Positions 47,538 through 57,161 of a stretch of 64,000 nucleotides of DNA are shown piece by piece (position 1 is the first letter of the stretch; each line of letters begins with the position of its first letter). The notes beneath the pieces were generated by a model, which was given only the letters and a program-made list of their open reading frames with translations, did no database searches and had not been told where the DNA came from. The stretch comes from an uncultured Acidobacteriaceae bacterium (GTDB lineage: Bacteria; Acidobacteriota; Terriglobia; Terriglobales; Acidobacteriaceae): contig CAVRXY010000016.1 of the NCBI GenBank assembly GCA_963725225.1, positions 91,185-155,184 on the forward strand, read 5' to 3'. A program made the translations under genes and the position numbers.

Positions 47538-47969
47538 ATGAACGATTTCAAGCCCCAAGACGTAGACCTCAGCAAGCCCCCCGCGCCCAACATAGTGCGC
47601 GTCACCTTTCTGCCCGAAGGCCGCACCGTCGAATTCGAATACGGCACCATGCCCTATGACCACCACGGCAAGCCGATGTCCTTCCTCGACGTCGCCGAAA
47701 ACTTCGGCATCTTCCTCGATCACGCCTGCGGAGGCGCCTGCGCCTGCACCACCTGCCATCTCTGGATCAAGGAAGGCGACCCCAAACTCAGCGAAGCGGA
47801 AGACGACGAGCTCGACCGCCTCGACATGGCTGCCGATCTGCAGCTGAACTCGCGCCTCGGTTGCCAGGCCGTCATCACCGGTCCCGGCGCGTACGTTGTC
47901 GAGATCCCCAAGTGGAACCGGAACTATGTTTCCGAAGGCAAGCCCCTTTCGCTGGCCGAAAACAAGTAG
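47538..47969 (+). CDS. fdx: ISC-type [2Fe-2S] ferredoxin
   Basis: CGGACACTTCH ... LGCQ cysteine pattern. The start is set at MNDFKPQ. Confidence 0.85.
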   Translation: MNDFKPQDVDLSKPPAPNIVRVTFLPEGRTVEFEYGTMPYDHHGKPMSFLDVAENFGIFLDHACGGACACTTCHLWIKEGDPKLSEAEDDELDRLDMAADLQLNSRLGCQAVITGPGAYVVEIPKWNRNYVSEGKPLSLAENK

Positions 47970-47983
47970 AGGAGAGTCCGCCC

Positions 47984-48202
47984 ATGCCCGCAGAGATCAG
48001 TTGGAACGACGCCGAGGAGATCGGCATTCAACTGCAGGAAAAATTTCCCGACGTGGACCCGCTGACCGTCCGATTCACCGACCTGCACCGCTACGTGACG
48101 GAGCTACCCGGCTTCTCCGACGACCCCACCAAATCGAATGAATCTAAGCTCGAAGCCATCCAGATGGCCTGGTACGAGGAACACAAGGATTCAAAACAAT
48201 AA
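47984..48202 (+). CDS. iscX: Fe-S assembly protein IscX
   Basis: ISWNDAEEIGIQLQEKFPDVDPLTVRFTDLHRYV...FSDDP aligns to E. coli IscX ([32 protein letters not shown]..FDDDP). Confidence 0.85.
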   Translation: MPAEISWNDAEEIGIQLQEKFPDVDPLTVRFTDLHRYVTELPGFSDDPTKSNESKLEAIQMAWYEEHKDSKQ

Positions 48203-48219
48203 ATCAGTAAAACGGCAAC

Positions 48220-48486
48220 TCACCTCGTTTGCTTTGTCTGCTCTGCCAGCGCCTGCGCTGCAACGTACGCCACTGTCAGAGCCACATCATGAACCATTTC
48301 GAGATGGGTATCCTGCGGGATTGATCGCCAGAGTTTTTGCCCGAGTTTAGCGACTTCTTCCTTACGGGCCGGGGATACGCAAATTAGCAGCCGATCAAGC
48401 AACGCTTCATATTCGCTAATCCTGGCATTCCTGCTGCAATATATCTCGCCTTTTTCGGCGTGTGTCGGTTTCTTCGTTTTCACCAT
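48220..48486 (-). CDS. hypothetical protein (88 aa)
   Basis: ORF only; no motif recognised. Convergent with iscX, with a 17-bp spacer. Confidence 0.35.
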   Translation of the reverse strand: MVKTKKPTHAEKGEIYCSRNARISEYEALLDRLLICVSPARKEEVAKLGQKLWRSIPQDTHLEMVHDVALTVAYVAAQALAEQTKQTR

Positions 48487-48710
48487 TTAAAGCGGTTTAA
48501 CCTCGACTTTCTCTCTCACCCGAACGGTGCCGGGTCTGAATGATTCTCTCTTGGAAACAAACTAAGGTCACTTCCGCCTCTGTGTTAATCCTCCCGCACT
48601 CAAAGCGTCATAGCTGCGGTTCCAACCCTGCCGGATTTCCATGCTATTTGAGCCTGGCATGTTGCTGAATTCACCAAATTGCCAGCGCGGGAATTCAGAG
48701 ACGCAAATGG

Positions 48711-49166
48711 CTAGCTCCACCCGAACGTCCCGCGAAACATATCGAAGTCCGGTGGTTTTCCACCCTCAAAATAGATCGAGAGAATGTCGAATCTTACGGA
48801 TACATCTGAGGACGGAAGTTGCCTCAGATAATGGCGCGAAATCCTGCGCAAATTTCTGCGCTTATCCTCATCGACTGATGCCTCAGCCGTCGCAACCGCT
48901 CGCGTCGTTCGCGTCTTCACCTCGATAAAGCAAAGCGTGTCGCCCTCCCACGCAATTAAATCAAGATCACCGCGAACGATCCCCGAGCGCCATCCGCGTC
49001 CGACAACGATGAATCCCCTTCGCCGCAGATAAAAGAACGCCGCCCGCTCTCCTCGGCGCCCTGTGACCAGGTGTTCCGCCTCCGGCCTTCGACGAACAGC
49101 AACCCGGTCGCAGGCGTTGACCAGCGCTTCGAATAGATCCAATCGCACAGATGTAAGCCGGTTCAT
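48711..49166 (-). CDS. YraN-family (UPF0102) endonuclease-like protein
   Basis: GERAAFFYLRRRGFIVVGRGWR...GDLDLIAWEGDTLCFIEVKTRT. Confidence 0.8.
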   Translation of the reverse strand: MNRLTSVRLDLFEALVNACDRVAVRRRPEAEHLVTGRRGERAAFFYLRRRGFIVVGRGWRSGIVRGDLDLIAWEGDTLCFIEVKTRTTRAVATAEASVDEDKRRNLRRISRHYLRQLPSSDVSVRFDILSIYFEGGKPPDFDMFRGTFGWS

Positions 49167-49292
49167 ATGGGCTCATTCTCAGACCACTGAGGTGTGCAGC
49201 CAAGGCACTTTAGTCACGTGTGCCCATCAAATCATTCAGTCAGCCGGGCAATCTCCGCACGCAGCCGTTCCGTTATTTCCTCCGCGCTCAAT

Positions 49293-51815
49293 TCAGGCTC
49301 GAACGACATCGGCGTACCGACCCGCACTCGCAGCTTGCCCGAGCGAAACCATCGCTTGTTTACCCTGCTTCATCTCGCCCAGTCCCACCAGCGCGACCGG
49401 CAGCACCTTCACATTCGACTCGGCGACCAGCAGCCCGATCCCAGGACGGAATCTGAGCAACTTACCATCCTCCGACTGGCGACCCTCGGGAAAGACGAGC
49501 ACATGATAGCCATGATCCAGAGCTTCCCCGGCGTGCTGGAAACTCCGCCGGAATCCCGCGCTGCGCGGCAGGGGAAAGACATTGAATAACGCCGTCACCA
49601 CAAAATAAGTCAGCGGCCCCAACGCATTCAGAAACCACGAACTCTGGTTTCGCCGCTTACGCCAGTCGAAAAGCAAATCTGCAGCCATCGCCGCCGCAAC
49701 ATGCCGGCGCATCTTTCCCGGTAACGCGTACAAAACCAGCGCAGGGTCGTAATCTGTTACATGATTTGCAATAAGTAACAGTGGCCGCTTTATATTCAGC
49801 TGCGCATCGCGCCGCACCTCGGGTGCAGCCAGAAGCCACACCAGCGGCTGCATCACGCATTCGATAAACGCTACCCGGACCGCCTGCACCGGCCACCACC
49901 AGGTCCAGTGTGGATAGACGTCGCGCCGCTCCTCGATATTCACCGGAAGGTTCACCGGCGTAGTCGCGGATATCCCCTCCGCTACAGACTCCAGGCCCAG
50001 CTGCCGCCGCAGATCGCCGAGCGTCGCCGCCTGCTCAAGAGCGGCATCGCTCAACGTGATACCCATTCTCTCCTCAATCTCCGCCTGCAGTTGAACACGT
50101 CCCAGGCTGTCGAGTTGCAGATCCTCCGCAAGCCGCGCATCGTCAGACTGGTTTTCGGTCTTCGCGCGGGTGATCGACAGAATTAATGCCAGCAGCGGAT
50201 CGGACGTCGCGGCCGCGCCGCCCTCAACCACGCGCTGCGCGTTCACCCACTCCGTCACCTTGCCTCGCCGAATCTTTCCCGTTGACGTACGGGGGAAATC
50301 CAGCTCGGGCCATATTCTCCATTGCCGTACACGCTGAAACTCCGCCAGTTTCTGATTCGCCGCCACAACCGCCTTCTGCGCTTCGTCACGCGAACCGCGG
50401 AACAGAAGCACCGCGACAGGCTCGGCTCCTGCAGCTTCCAAAAGCGGCACCACAGCGGAAGCTTCGACGCCCGCCTGTGCGTTGAGCGCCGCTTCTACAT
50501 CTTCGGGGTGAATATTCAAACCCGAGGACGTTACAATCACCTGGCTCTTGCGCCCCATAAAGTGGAGCTGCCCCGCCTCGTCGCGTTGCGCCAAGTCGCC
50601 TGTCGCCAGCCACGGCGATTCCGATTTCTGCATCGCGCTATGACTCCACGTCGCCGTCGAAACCATGTCGCCGCGCACCACGATCTCGCCGTCATCGCGA
50701 ATTTCTACATCTCGTCCCGGTAGCACCTTACCGATCGTTCCCTTCCCAACCTTGAAAGGGTGGTTCAACGTGATCAGAGCTGTTGTCTCCGTCATTCCGT
50801 AACCCTGGATGAGAGCGAAGCCCAGCGTTGTCCAGAATGACTCAAGCTCCGATGGAAGCGACGCGCCGCCACAGACGAATGCCCAGAATTTGTAACCGAA
50901 TGTGCGATGAATTCGCCGGAAGCGCCACCAGCGCTTCCACACCTTCTCACCCTGCGCAGCTTCGACGGCCAGCGGCAGCTCGGAATCCGCCGCCAGCAGG
51001 GCCTCGCGCAGCAGCTCGAGCACGCGGGGCACCGCCGCCAGCACAGAGATCCGCTCCCGGCGCGTAATCTCGATGAGCCGCTGCGCCTGCAGTCTCGATT
51101 CAAAATGTACCTCTGCGCCCAGCAGTGGAGGAATCCACAGCCCCATAAATTGCCCGAAGACGTGGCTCAGCGGAAGCGTGTGCAGAAAGCGCAGTGGATG
51201 GAAGATGCGCTCATACTTCAGATACTTCTGCATCTCCCGTTCAATCGGCGCCACGCTGGCCAGCACGTTGCGATGCGTGTGGACAATACCCTTGGGCTCC
51301 GCGGTGGTCCCGGAGGTGAAGAGAATCTGCAGCGGTGTGTCCAGCCCCAGGGTCGGTTCGAGCTGTGCGCGGCTCTCCTGTGGCAGCGCCGTTTCGAACT
51401 CATCGAATGGGATATCCGGCAGTTGCGAATCCAGCTGCCTCAGAAGCTGCGCGTCACCGACCAGCAGGCGGGGGGTCGTCTCCGCCATCACCCGCTTTGC
51501 AAAATCTAGACTGCCCGCCGCGTCGAGAGGCACGGCAATTACGCCGCGCATGATGCATCCGAAGAATGCCCCGACCCACTCGCCGCAATTCTGTCCCCAG
51601 AGAATTACGCGCTCGCCCGCAGCGATCTCGCGCCGCATCAGTTCAGCGGCAAAGCGGCCTGCCAGTTCTGCGAGATCGGCGTAAGTCGTAGCCGTGCGCC
51701 TGTTGCCATGATATGTAACAATGGCGATATCTTGTCCGTGCCTGCGAAAATCTTCGATCAGCGTCGCCAGGTGGGGCCGCATCGTTTCCTTCATCCCCCG
51801 GCTACGCTCGCGCAA
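49293..51815 (-). CDS. tri-domain AMP-dependent acyl ligase / carrier (PP-binding) / lysophospholipid acyltransferase protein; the 3' end is probably frameshifted (alternative stop at 49232)
   Basis: ILFTSGTTAEPKGIVHTH (AMP-binding), LQLDSLGRVQL (carrier Ser), ANHVTDYD (HX4D) and VFPEGRQSEDG. A conserved-looking tail WFRSGKLRVRVGTPMSFEPELSAEEITERLRAEIARLTE* is found only in another frame. Confidence 0.8.
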   Translation of the reverse strand: MRERSRGMKETMRPHLATLIEDFRRHGQDIAIVTYHGNRRTATTYADLAELAGRFAAELMRREIAAGERVILWGQNCGEWVGAFFGCIMRGVIAVPLDAAGSLDFAKRVMAETTPRLLVGDAQLLRQLDSQLPDIPFDEFETALPQESRAQLEPTLGLDTPLQILFTSGTTAEPKGIVHTHRNVLASVAPIEREMQKYLKYERIFHPLRFLHTLPLSHVFGQFMGLWIPPLLGAEVHFESRLQAQRLIEITRRERISVLAAVPRVLELLREALLAADSELPLAVEAAQGEKVWKRWWRFRRIHRTFGYKFWAFVCGGASLPSELESFWTTLGFALIQGYGMTETTALITLNHPFKVGKGTIGKVLPGRDVEIRDDGEIVVRGDMVSTATWSHSAMQKSESPWLATGDLAQRDEAGQLHFMGRKSQVIVTSSGLNIHPEDVEAALNAQAGVEASAVVPLLEAAGAEPVAVLLFRGSRDEAQKAVVAANQKLAEFQRVRQWRIWPELDFPRTSTGKIRRGKVTEWVNAQRVVEGGAAATSDPLLALILSITRAKTENQSDDARLAEDLQLDSLGRVQLQAEIEERMGITLSDAALEQAATLGDLRRQLGLESVAEGISATTPVNLPVNIEERRDVYPHWTWWWPVQAVRVAFIECVMQPLVWLLAAPEVRRDAQLNIKRPLLLIANHVTDYDPALVLYALPGKMRRHVAAAMAADLLFDWRKRRNQSSWFLNALGPLTYFVVTALFNVFPLPRSAGFRRSFQHAGEALDHGYHVLVFPEGRQSEDGKLLRFRPGIGLLVAESNVKVLPVALVGLGEMKQGKQAMVSLGQAASAGRYADVVRA

Positions 51816-53274
51816 AATCGATAAAGCCGTGAACGGGATCGGTCCTCACCAGCTTCACATTCAGCCTGTCGCCCACGTCCACTCCTTGCTGTCCATGCAC
51901 CAGCATGCCGTCCACGTGCGGAGTCAAGGTGCGCACGAAGGTTCCCCGATCCGTCACACCGGTGACGATGGCGTGAAACATCTGGCCAATCCTATGACGC
52001 ATTGCGATTGCCGCGATGCGCTTTTGCATTTCACGCTCTACCTTGCGTTCGGCCGTGGCCTTGTTTGTACAGTTCGCGGCAATCGCCGTCAGTTCCTCGT
52101 CGGAATAAGGCGAGGGGTCTCCTGCAATCATTGCCTTTATCAGCCGCTGCGTTACCAGGTCCGCATAGCGCCGGTTAGGAGCTGTTGAGTGCGTATAGTC
52201 TTCGACGGCCAGTGCAAAATGGCCCTCGGGCCTATCGTCGGGGCGCTCCAGCACATACTCACCCGGACCCATCAGCTTAACCACCGCCAGGGACAAATCC
52301 GCGAAGTGGTCCGGATCCTGCTCCTTTCGCCGGCAGAGGAAATCGTTCAGAGACTTCGAATCGGGCTCCGCGGGAAGCTTCTCGCCCAGCTGCCCTGCAA
52401 GCTGTACGATTCTGTCCCATCGCTTCGGAGTCTTCACAATCCGTCGTATGGATGGAATGCGCTCTTCACGCAGCGTACGCGCGACTACGCCGTTGGCGGC
52501 CACCATGAAGTCTTCGATCAGCTCCGTGGCCAGGTTCTCCTCTTCTGACGCGATGTCGATCGAGCCTCCTTCCAGTACCGCACGAGTCTCGATCGTCTCG
52601 AGGGTCAGCGCGCCTCGCTCGAAGCGTTTCGTACGCAGCCGCTGCGCGACTTCGTTCTGCAGGCGCAGCTGCGCCTGAAGCTCCCCGGATGCCGCGACTT
52701 TTGCGGGAGCTTCTGCTTTACCCTCCAGCCACGCGCCCACGCCGTTATAGGCAAGCTGCGCCTTATTGCATACCAGTGCAGGATAGATCCGGCTGCTCTG
52801 TGCGCGACCCTGCGAATCAAGAACAAATTCCGTCACAATGCAGGCACGATCCTGGCCCTCGAGCAGAGATGTCAACCCGGCCGAGAGTTGCTCCGGCAGC
52901 ATAGGAAAGATGGTGATCCCCGAGTAAACGGTGGCGGTCTCAAGAGCTGCGTGACGGTCGATCGCCGAGCCCTTTGGCACATATAAATCGACGTCGGCAA
53001 TGCCGATCATCACCCGCACATCCCCGTTTGAAAGCTTCTCGACAAATTCAATCTGGTCAAGATCCCGCGAGGTGTCGTTGTCGATCGATGACCACAACAG
53101 ATGCCTCAGATCTTTGGCCGCCGCGCCCGCCCTCGGTGGATGTGCCGCGAGTTCTGTCAATTCGCGTTCAACTTCAGGAGGGAACTCAGCTTCGAAGCCG
53201 TGTTCGGCCATCGCCTGGCGCTCTGCCGCGCGCAGGTCAAACCCCTTGACCTGCGAGTCATGATGCGTGCTCAT
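51802..53274 (-). CDS. RNB-domain exoribonuclease (RNase II/R family) with a C-terminal S1-like domain
   Basis: SIDNDTSRDLDQIE, TIFPMLPEQLS, YTHSTAPNRRYADLV and a C-terminal FHAIVTGVTDRGTFV. It overlaps the downstream gene by 14 bp. Confidence 0.8.
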   Translation of the reverse strand: MSTHHDSQVKGFDLRAAERQAMAEHGFEAEFPPEVERELTELAAHPPRAGAAAKDLRHLLWSSIDNDTSRDLDQIEFVEKLSNGDVRVMIGIADVDLYVPKGSAIDRHAALETATVYSGITIFPMLPEQLSAGLTSLLEGQDRACIVTEFVLDSQGRAQSSRIYPALVCNKAQLAYNGVGAWLEGKAEAPAKVAASGELQAQLRLQNEVAQRLRTKRFERGALTLETIETRAVLEGGSIDIASEEENLATELIEDFMVAANGVVARTLREERIPSIRRIVKTPKRWDRIVQLAGQLGEKLPAEPDSKSLNDFLCRRKEQDPDHFADLSLAVVKLMGPGEYVLERPDDRPEGHFALAVEDYTHSTAPNRRYADLVTQRLIKAMIAGDPSPYSDEELTAIAANCTNKATAERKVEREMQKRIAAIAMRHRIGQMFHAIVTGVTDRGTFVRTLTPHVDGMLVHGQQGVDVGDRLNVKLVRTDPVHGFIDFARA

Positions 53275-53388
53275 ACACCTCCGTGGTCATGTAAGGCAGG
53301 AGCTTATAAAGACCACCTTATTGTATTTCTTCGCCGCACGCACATCGCAGGCAGGCAAACAAAGCGGGGAAAGGGCATCCAAGTGTCC

Positions 53389-54213
53389 ATGCCTTTGCGC
53401 AAGATAGACCTTCCTGCAGAATCGACGGGGCAGGCACAGCAGTCGATCCAGCAGGACCTGGACCGGCCGACAGCGATCCAGATCTACGAGCAGGTTTCGC
53501 TCAATGCGCGGCGCGAGCTGGCACGTTCGAACATTTCTTTGGCCATATCGGCCCTGGTCGGCGGTCTCACCATGGGTCTTACGGCGCTCGGCGTCTCGAC
53601 TGCCACCGCCACGCTTGGCCAGAGTCCGGCAGCGCGCTTCACCGCATTCCTCTTCTATCCCCTCGGATTCATGGCGGTCATTCTCGGCCGCGGCCAGCTC
53701 TTCACTGAAAACACGCTCTATCCCGTCGCACTCATACTCAGCGAGCGCCGCCACGTCCTCAGCACCCTGCGACTCTGGGTGATAGTCTTTTCGGCCAACG
53801 TCGCCGGGGCGTTTCTCTTTGCGATTCTCTGCGCTCGCACCAAAGCTCTTGAGCCCCAGGTTCTCGCCACGATGGCACAGTTTGGAGCCGACGCCGCGAG
53901 CCTGCCGGCAAGGCACATCTTCTGGAGCGGCGTAGTCGGCGGCTGGATCATCGCCATGGTCGCGTGGCTGGTAAGCGGCAGCCACTCCATCACCGGCTCC
54001 GTAGCGCTCATCTGGACCCTGACCTTCGTCGTCGGCCTGGGCCACTTTGCCCACTGCATCGCTACCAGCGGAGAGATCCTCGCCGCTGTGCTGACTCACC
54101 AGCTTTCGCCCCTCACCTACTTCGCGTGGCTCCTGCCGGCGACGTGCGGTAACATCGCCGGCGGAGTGCTTCTGGTCACTCTGCTCGAATACGGGCAGGC
54201 CAAGCTGGTTTGA
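53389..54213 (+). CDS. formate/nitrite transporter (FNT) family channel
   Basis: The start is set at MPLRKID. Six TM segments, GRGQLFTENTLYP and FVVGLGHFAHCIATSG motifs. Confidence 0.7.
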   Translation: MPLRKIDLPAESTGQAQQSIQQDLDRPTAIQIYEQVSLNARRELARSNISLAISALVGGLTMGLTALGVSTATATLGQSPAARFTAFLFYPLGFMAVILGRGQLFTENTLYPVALILSERRHVLSTLRLWVIVFSANVAGAFLFAILCARTKALEPQVLATMAQFGADAASLPARHIFWSGVVGGWIIAMVAWLVSGSHSITGSVALIWTLTFVVGLGHFAHCIATSGEILAAVLTHQLSPLTYFAWLLPATCGNIAGGVLLVTLLEYGQAKLV

Positions 54214-54216
54214 AGG

Positions 54217-54909
54217 CTAGGCTGGCGGCGCTTCCAGCTGCTTCACATCTTTCTTCAGGTCCTGCTTCAGGTTCTGCAGCAGCGCCTCGATCTGCTCCTC
54301 GCGCTCCAGCAGGGCGAAGCGGTCTTCGAGCGAATCGCCGCCCATAAGTTCACCCGTCGCGGCATTTTCCGCTTCCCTTCCCACGATGCGCGTGCGCATG
54401 CGGGCCATGCTCGCCGCACCGTCACTTCTTTCAACCGCCTGCCGCGCCTGCTGTGCCCTGCTGACCACGCGCGCCCGCCTGTGTTGCGCAATCATGATCT
54501 CGCAGCGCGAACGCGTCTCCTCAAGCTTCTGTTCCAGCCTGCGCAGCGCCGTCTTCAGCGTGTCGGCTTCGGTCTTCTGGTCTTCGAGCTGCTGCACAAA
54601 TCCCTTCGCCATCTGCTCATGGCTCAGGGAGCGTTCGAGAGCCGCCCGCGCCAGGTCGTCCGCAGACTTCTTGACCGCCAGCTCCGCCTTGCGCTTCCAT
54701 TCCGCCGCGGCTTCTTCGTGCTCCTTGCGCTTCTTGTCCAGCACATGCTGATCGGCGATCGCAATCGCCACCTGCGTCTTCACCTGCATCAGCTGGTTTT
54801 CCATATCCAGAACCAGTTGCTTCAGCAGCTTCTCCGGATCCTCCGCCTTCTCGATCAGGTCGTTGATATTCGCGCGTAATAGCGTTCCCACACGTTCGAG
54901 CAGTGCCAT
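54217..54909 (-). CDS. pspA: PspA/IM30-family protein
   Basis: MALLERVGTLLRANINDLIEKAEDPEKLLKQLVLDMENQL... is the canonical PspA N-terminus. GGAGG upstream. Confidence 0.9.
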   Translation of the reverse strand: MALLERVGTLLRANINDLIEKAEDPEKLLKQLVLDMENQLMQVKTQVAIAIADQHVLDKKRKEHEEAAAEWKRKAELAVKKSADDLARAALERSLSHEQMAKGFVQQLEDQKTEADTLKTALRRLEQKLEETRSRCEIMIAQHRRARVVSRAQQARQAVERSDGAASMARMRTRIVGREAENAATGELMGGDSLEDRFALLEREEQIEALLQNLKQDLKKDVKQLEAPPA

Positions 54910-54960
54910 GATGTCCCTCCTTTGCTCCTCAGATAAATAAGCAGGCGGAGAGCCGGGGTC

Positions 54961-54986
54961 CCCACGGACGGGTCTTCGTCCGTGGG
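54961..54986. other. 10-bp perfect intercistronic hairpin between the flotillin and pspA genes
   Basis: CCCACGGACG-GGTCTT-CGTCCGTGGG. There is no T-tract on the coding (minus) strand, so it is not called a terminator. Confidence 0.6.
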
Positions 54987-55019
54987 GGTAAAGAGCCACC
55001 GAGCCCTCCGCCCTGGTTG

Positions 55020-56447
55020 TCATTCTTTGCCATCGATCGTCGCGCTGCCGTTCGGCCGTGCGCGCATGCCTTTTACGTTCGACATCAGCTCGCGCATATC
55101 CATGCCCGAGAGCGCCTCGAAGAGAGCCGGCACCTGTGCCGCAATCCTCGTGATGTCGCCCGTGAGCTTGTTCGCACCCGCGGCGCCGTCGTTGCCCGTC
55201 GAAACAATGGTGATCTTGTCCACCTTCGACAGCGGCTCCGCCATCGCGCGCACCACCTCCGCCATGTTTGAGATCAGCCGGTCGACCACCGCCGCCTGGT
55301 TCCAGTCCTGATAAGCCTCGGCCTTCACGTTCATCGCCTTGGCCTCAGCCTCGCCCTTCTGGAAGATCACCGCTGCCTCGGCCTCGCCCTGCGAGCGGAT
55401 CGCCGCGGCCCGGCCTTCAGCTTCCGTCGTCAGCCGCATTCTCTCGGCTGCCGCCAGCGCTTCGATCCTCTGCCGTTCGATCTCCGCGCCTTTCAGCACC
55501 GTCGCGATCAGTTCCTTCTCATGGCGCACGATCTCAGCCTCCTGCACCTTGATCTGCTGCTCCTTCTCGATCTGCTGCACCTTCACCAGCTCGGCTGTCA
55601 CCTGCTGCTGCATGATGTTGGTCTGGATCTCGTACGCCTTATCGGCCTGCGCCTCCTGCCTGCGGCTCTGCTCGGCGAACTGCGCCTTCTGGATATCCAG
55701 ATCGCGTTGCGCCTCGGCCTGTTTCGCCAGCGACAGCGTCTCCGCCAGCACGCGCTCCTGATCCGCCGCCGCCTTCGCTACCGCCGACTCGCGCAGCGCA
55801 TTCGCCCGGCGAATCGCTGTATCGCGCTCGGCCTCGGCCGCCGCCACATCGGCGTCGCGCTTGATCCTGGCAATGTCCGGACGCCCCATGTTGGTGATGT
55901 ACTCGTTCTTGTCGCGCACCTCCTTGATGGTGAACGACACCACTTCGAGCCCCATCTTGCTGATGTCGTCCGCGCACGTCGCGCGCATGCGATCGCCCAC
56001 CATCTCCGGCTCCTTGACGATCTGCTCCACCGTCAGCTGTCCGATAATGCCGCGCAGATGGCCTTCCATCACCAGCCGGATCAGCCCTTCCCTCTGCGGC
56101 GGCGCTTTGCTCAGAAACTGCTCTGCCGCCGTAAGAATCGATTCCTGATCGCTGCGCACCTTGATCTGCGCGACGGCTTCGACCGTCACCGCCACGCCCT
56201 GCTTGGTGTACAGGTCCTGCTGCGGTGCGACATCGAACGACATCAGCTCCAGCGACAGCTCCCGGCAGCTTTCCACCAGCGGAAAGATCACCGTGCCGTG
56301 GCCTTTGATCACCCGTGGTCCGCGAAATCCATATACGATCAGCGCCTCGTTCGGGCCGGCCTTGCGAAACATCTTGGCCAGAATGCCCATCAACACAATG
56401 AGCAGCAAGAGACACAAACCAACGATCACAACCAATGTGCTTGTCAT
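55020..56447 (-). CDS. flotillin-family SPFH (band-7) protein
   Basis: N-terminal TM, an SPFH domain (VIFPLVESCRELSLELMSFDV...), then long EA-rich flotillin repeats. Confidence 0.9.
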   Translation of the reverse strand: MTSTLVVIVGLCLLLLIVLMGILAKMFRKAGPNEALIVYGFRGPRVIKGHGTVIFPLVESCRELSLELMSFDVAPQQDLYTKQGVAVTVEAVAQIKVRSDQESILTAAEQFLSKAPPQREGLIRLVMEGHLRGIIGQLTVEQIVKEPEMVGDRMRATCADDISKMGLEVVSFTIKEVRDKNEYITNMGRPDIARIKRDADVAAAEAERDTAIRRANALRESAVAKAAADQERVLAETLSLAKQAEAQRDLDIQKAQFAEQSRRQEAQADKAYEIQTNIMQQQVTAELVKVQQIEKEQQIKVQEAEIVRHEKELIATVLKGAEIERQRIEALAAAERMRLTTEAEGRAAAIRSQGEAEAAVIFQKGEAEAKAMNVKAEAYQDWNQAAVVDRLISNMAEVVRAMAEPLSKVDKITIVSTGNDGAAGANKLTGDITRIAAQVPALFEALSGMDMRELMSNVKGMRARPNGSATIDGKE

Positions 56448-56483
56448 AATTGCCTCCTGATCCTTTCCATCAGGAAAACCTTC

Positions 56484-57161
56484 TTACTTCGTACTTGCTG
56501 GGTGCCCCACATCCGGATTTTCGGATGTGGGATCTCCATCGCTTATCGATCCCGCCTCAAGCGAAGCCAGATCCTCCGAGACCTCGTCCCACCGGCGAAC
56601 CCAGGCAATTCCCTGTTCGTAGCGCATCACGACCACCTCCACACCGCGCGGAATCGCTACGCCTGCTTCACTCCGCGCCACGGCAAAACGGCGCGCGCCG
56701 TTCTGCGAAAACTGGATCTCACCCGTTCCACCCTCGCGGATCGGGCCGCTCACACGCCCCAGCACGCCGACAACCGCGGTCTCTTCTGCCGTCAGCTCAC
56801 GTTCGTGCGGCAACAGCACCTTTGCCAGGAACCAGAAGAGGATCGCCGCCCCCGCAATTCCAGCCAGCGTGGCCACACCCAGCACAACCGGCGTGAGGAA
56901 ATCGGCAAAGCGCTCCAGCAGGTAGCCGCACCCGCCAAACCACCCGAGAAACGCCGCCAGCGTGAAGCCATTGAAGGGGCTGATGCCGCCCTTGCCGCCG
57001 TGCGCCGCGTGGCCGTGGCCCGCGTGCGCGCCTCCGTTCCCATGTCCGAGGTTCAGATGAAAATGCCCAAACTGCAGGTGCGAGAACACTCCCGCAAACG
57101 AGAGCAGCGTCAGCGACAGTCCGAGCACGAAACAGATCAGGTAAAACGTCTCCCACGTCAT
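56484..57161 (-). CDS. NfeD-like membrane protein
   Basis: The internal ATG (57161) has AAGGGAG 8 nt upstream. TM segments, a His/Gly-rich loop and a C-terminal OB-like GRVSGPIREGGTGEIQFSQNGARRFAVARSE...VVVMRYEQGIAWV. Confidence 0.75.
   Translation of the reverse strand: MTWETFYLICFVLGLSLTLLSFAGVFSHLQFGHFHLNLGHGNGGAHAGHGHAAHGGKGGISPFNGFTLAAFLGWFGGCGYLLERFADFLTPVVLGVATLAGIAGAAILFWFLAKVLLPHERELTAEETAVVGVLGRVSGPIREGGTGEIQFSQNGARRFAVARSEAGVAIPRGVEVVVMRYEQGIAWVRRWDEVSEDLASLEAGSISDGDPTSENPDVGHPASTK

Noticed and set aside
48655-48665. TGGCAT...TTGC, considered as a sigma-54 promoter upstream of the 88-aa ORF region
   Set aside because: The GG-to-GC distance is 8 nt instead of 12. It is also on the plus strand, while the neighbouring genes are on the minus strand.
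53287-54099. A 270-aa minus-strand ORF opposite the FNT channel gene
   Set aside because: An antisense shadow. The plus-strand frame has the TM pattern and FNT motifs.
54910-55019. A sigma-54 promoter in front of pspA, as in enterobacteria
   Set aside because: There is no GG-N10-GC element with a TTGC box. The spacer contains only a hairpin and the RBS, so pspA is probably co-transcribed with the flotillin gene.
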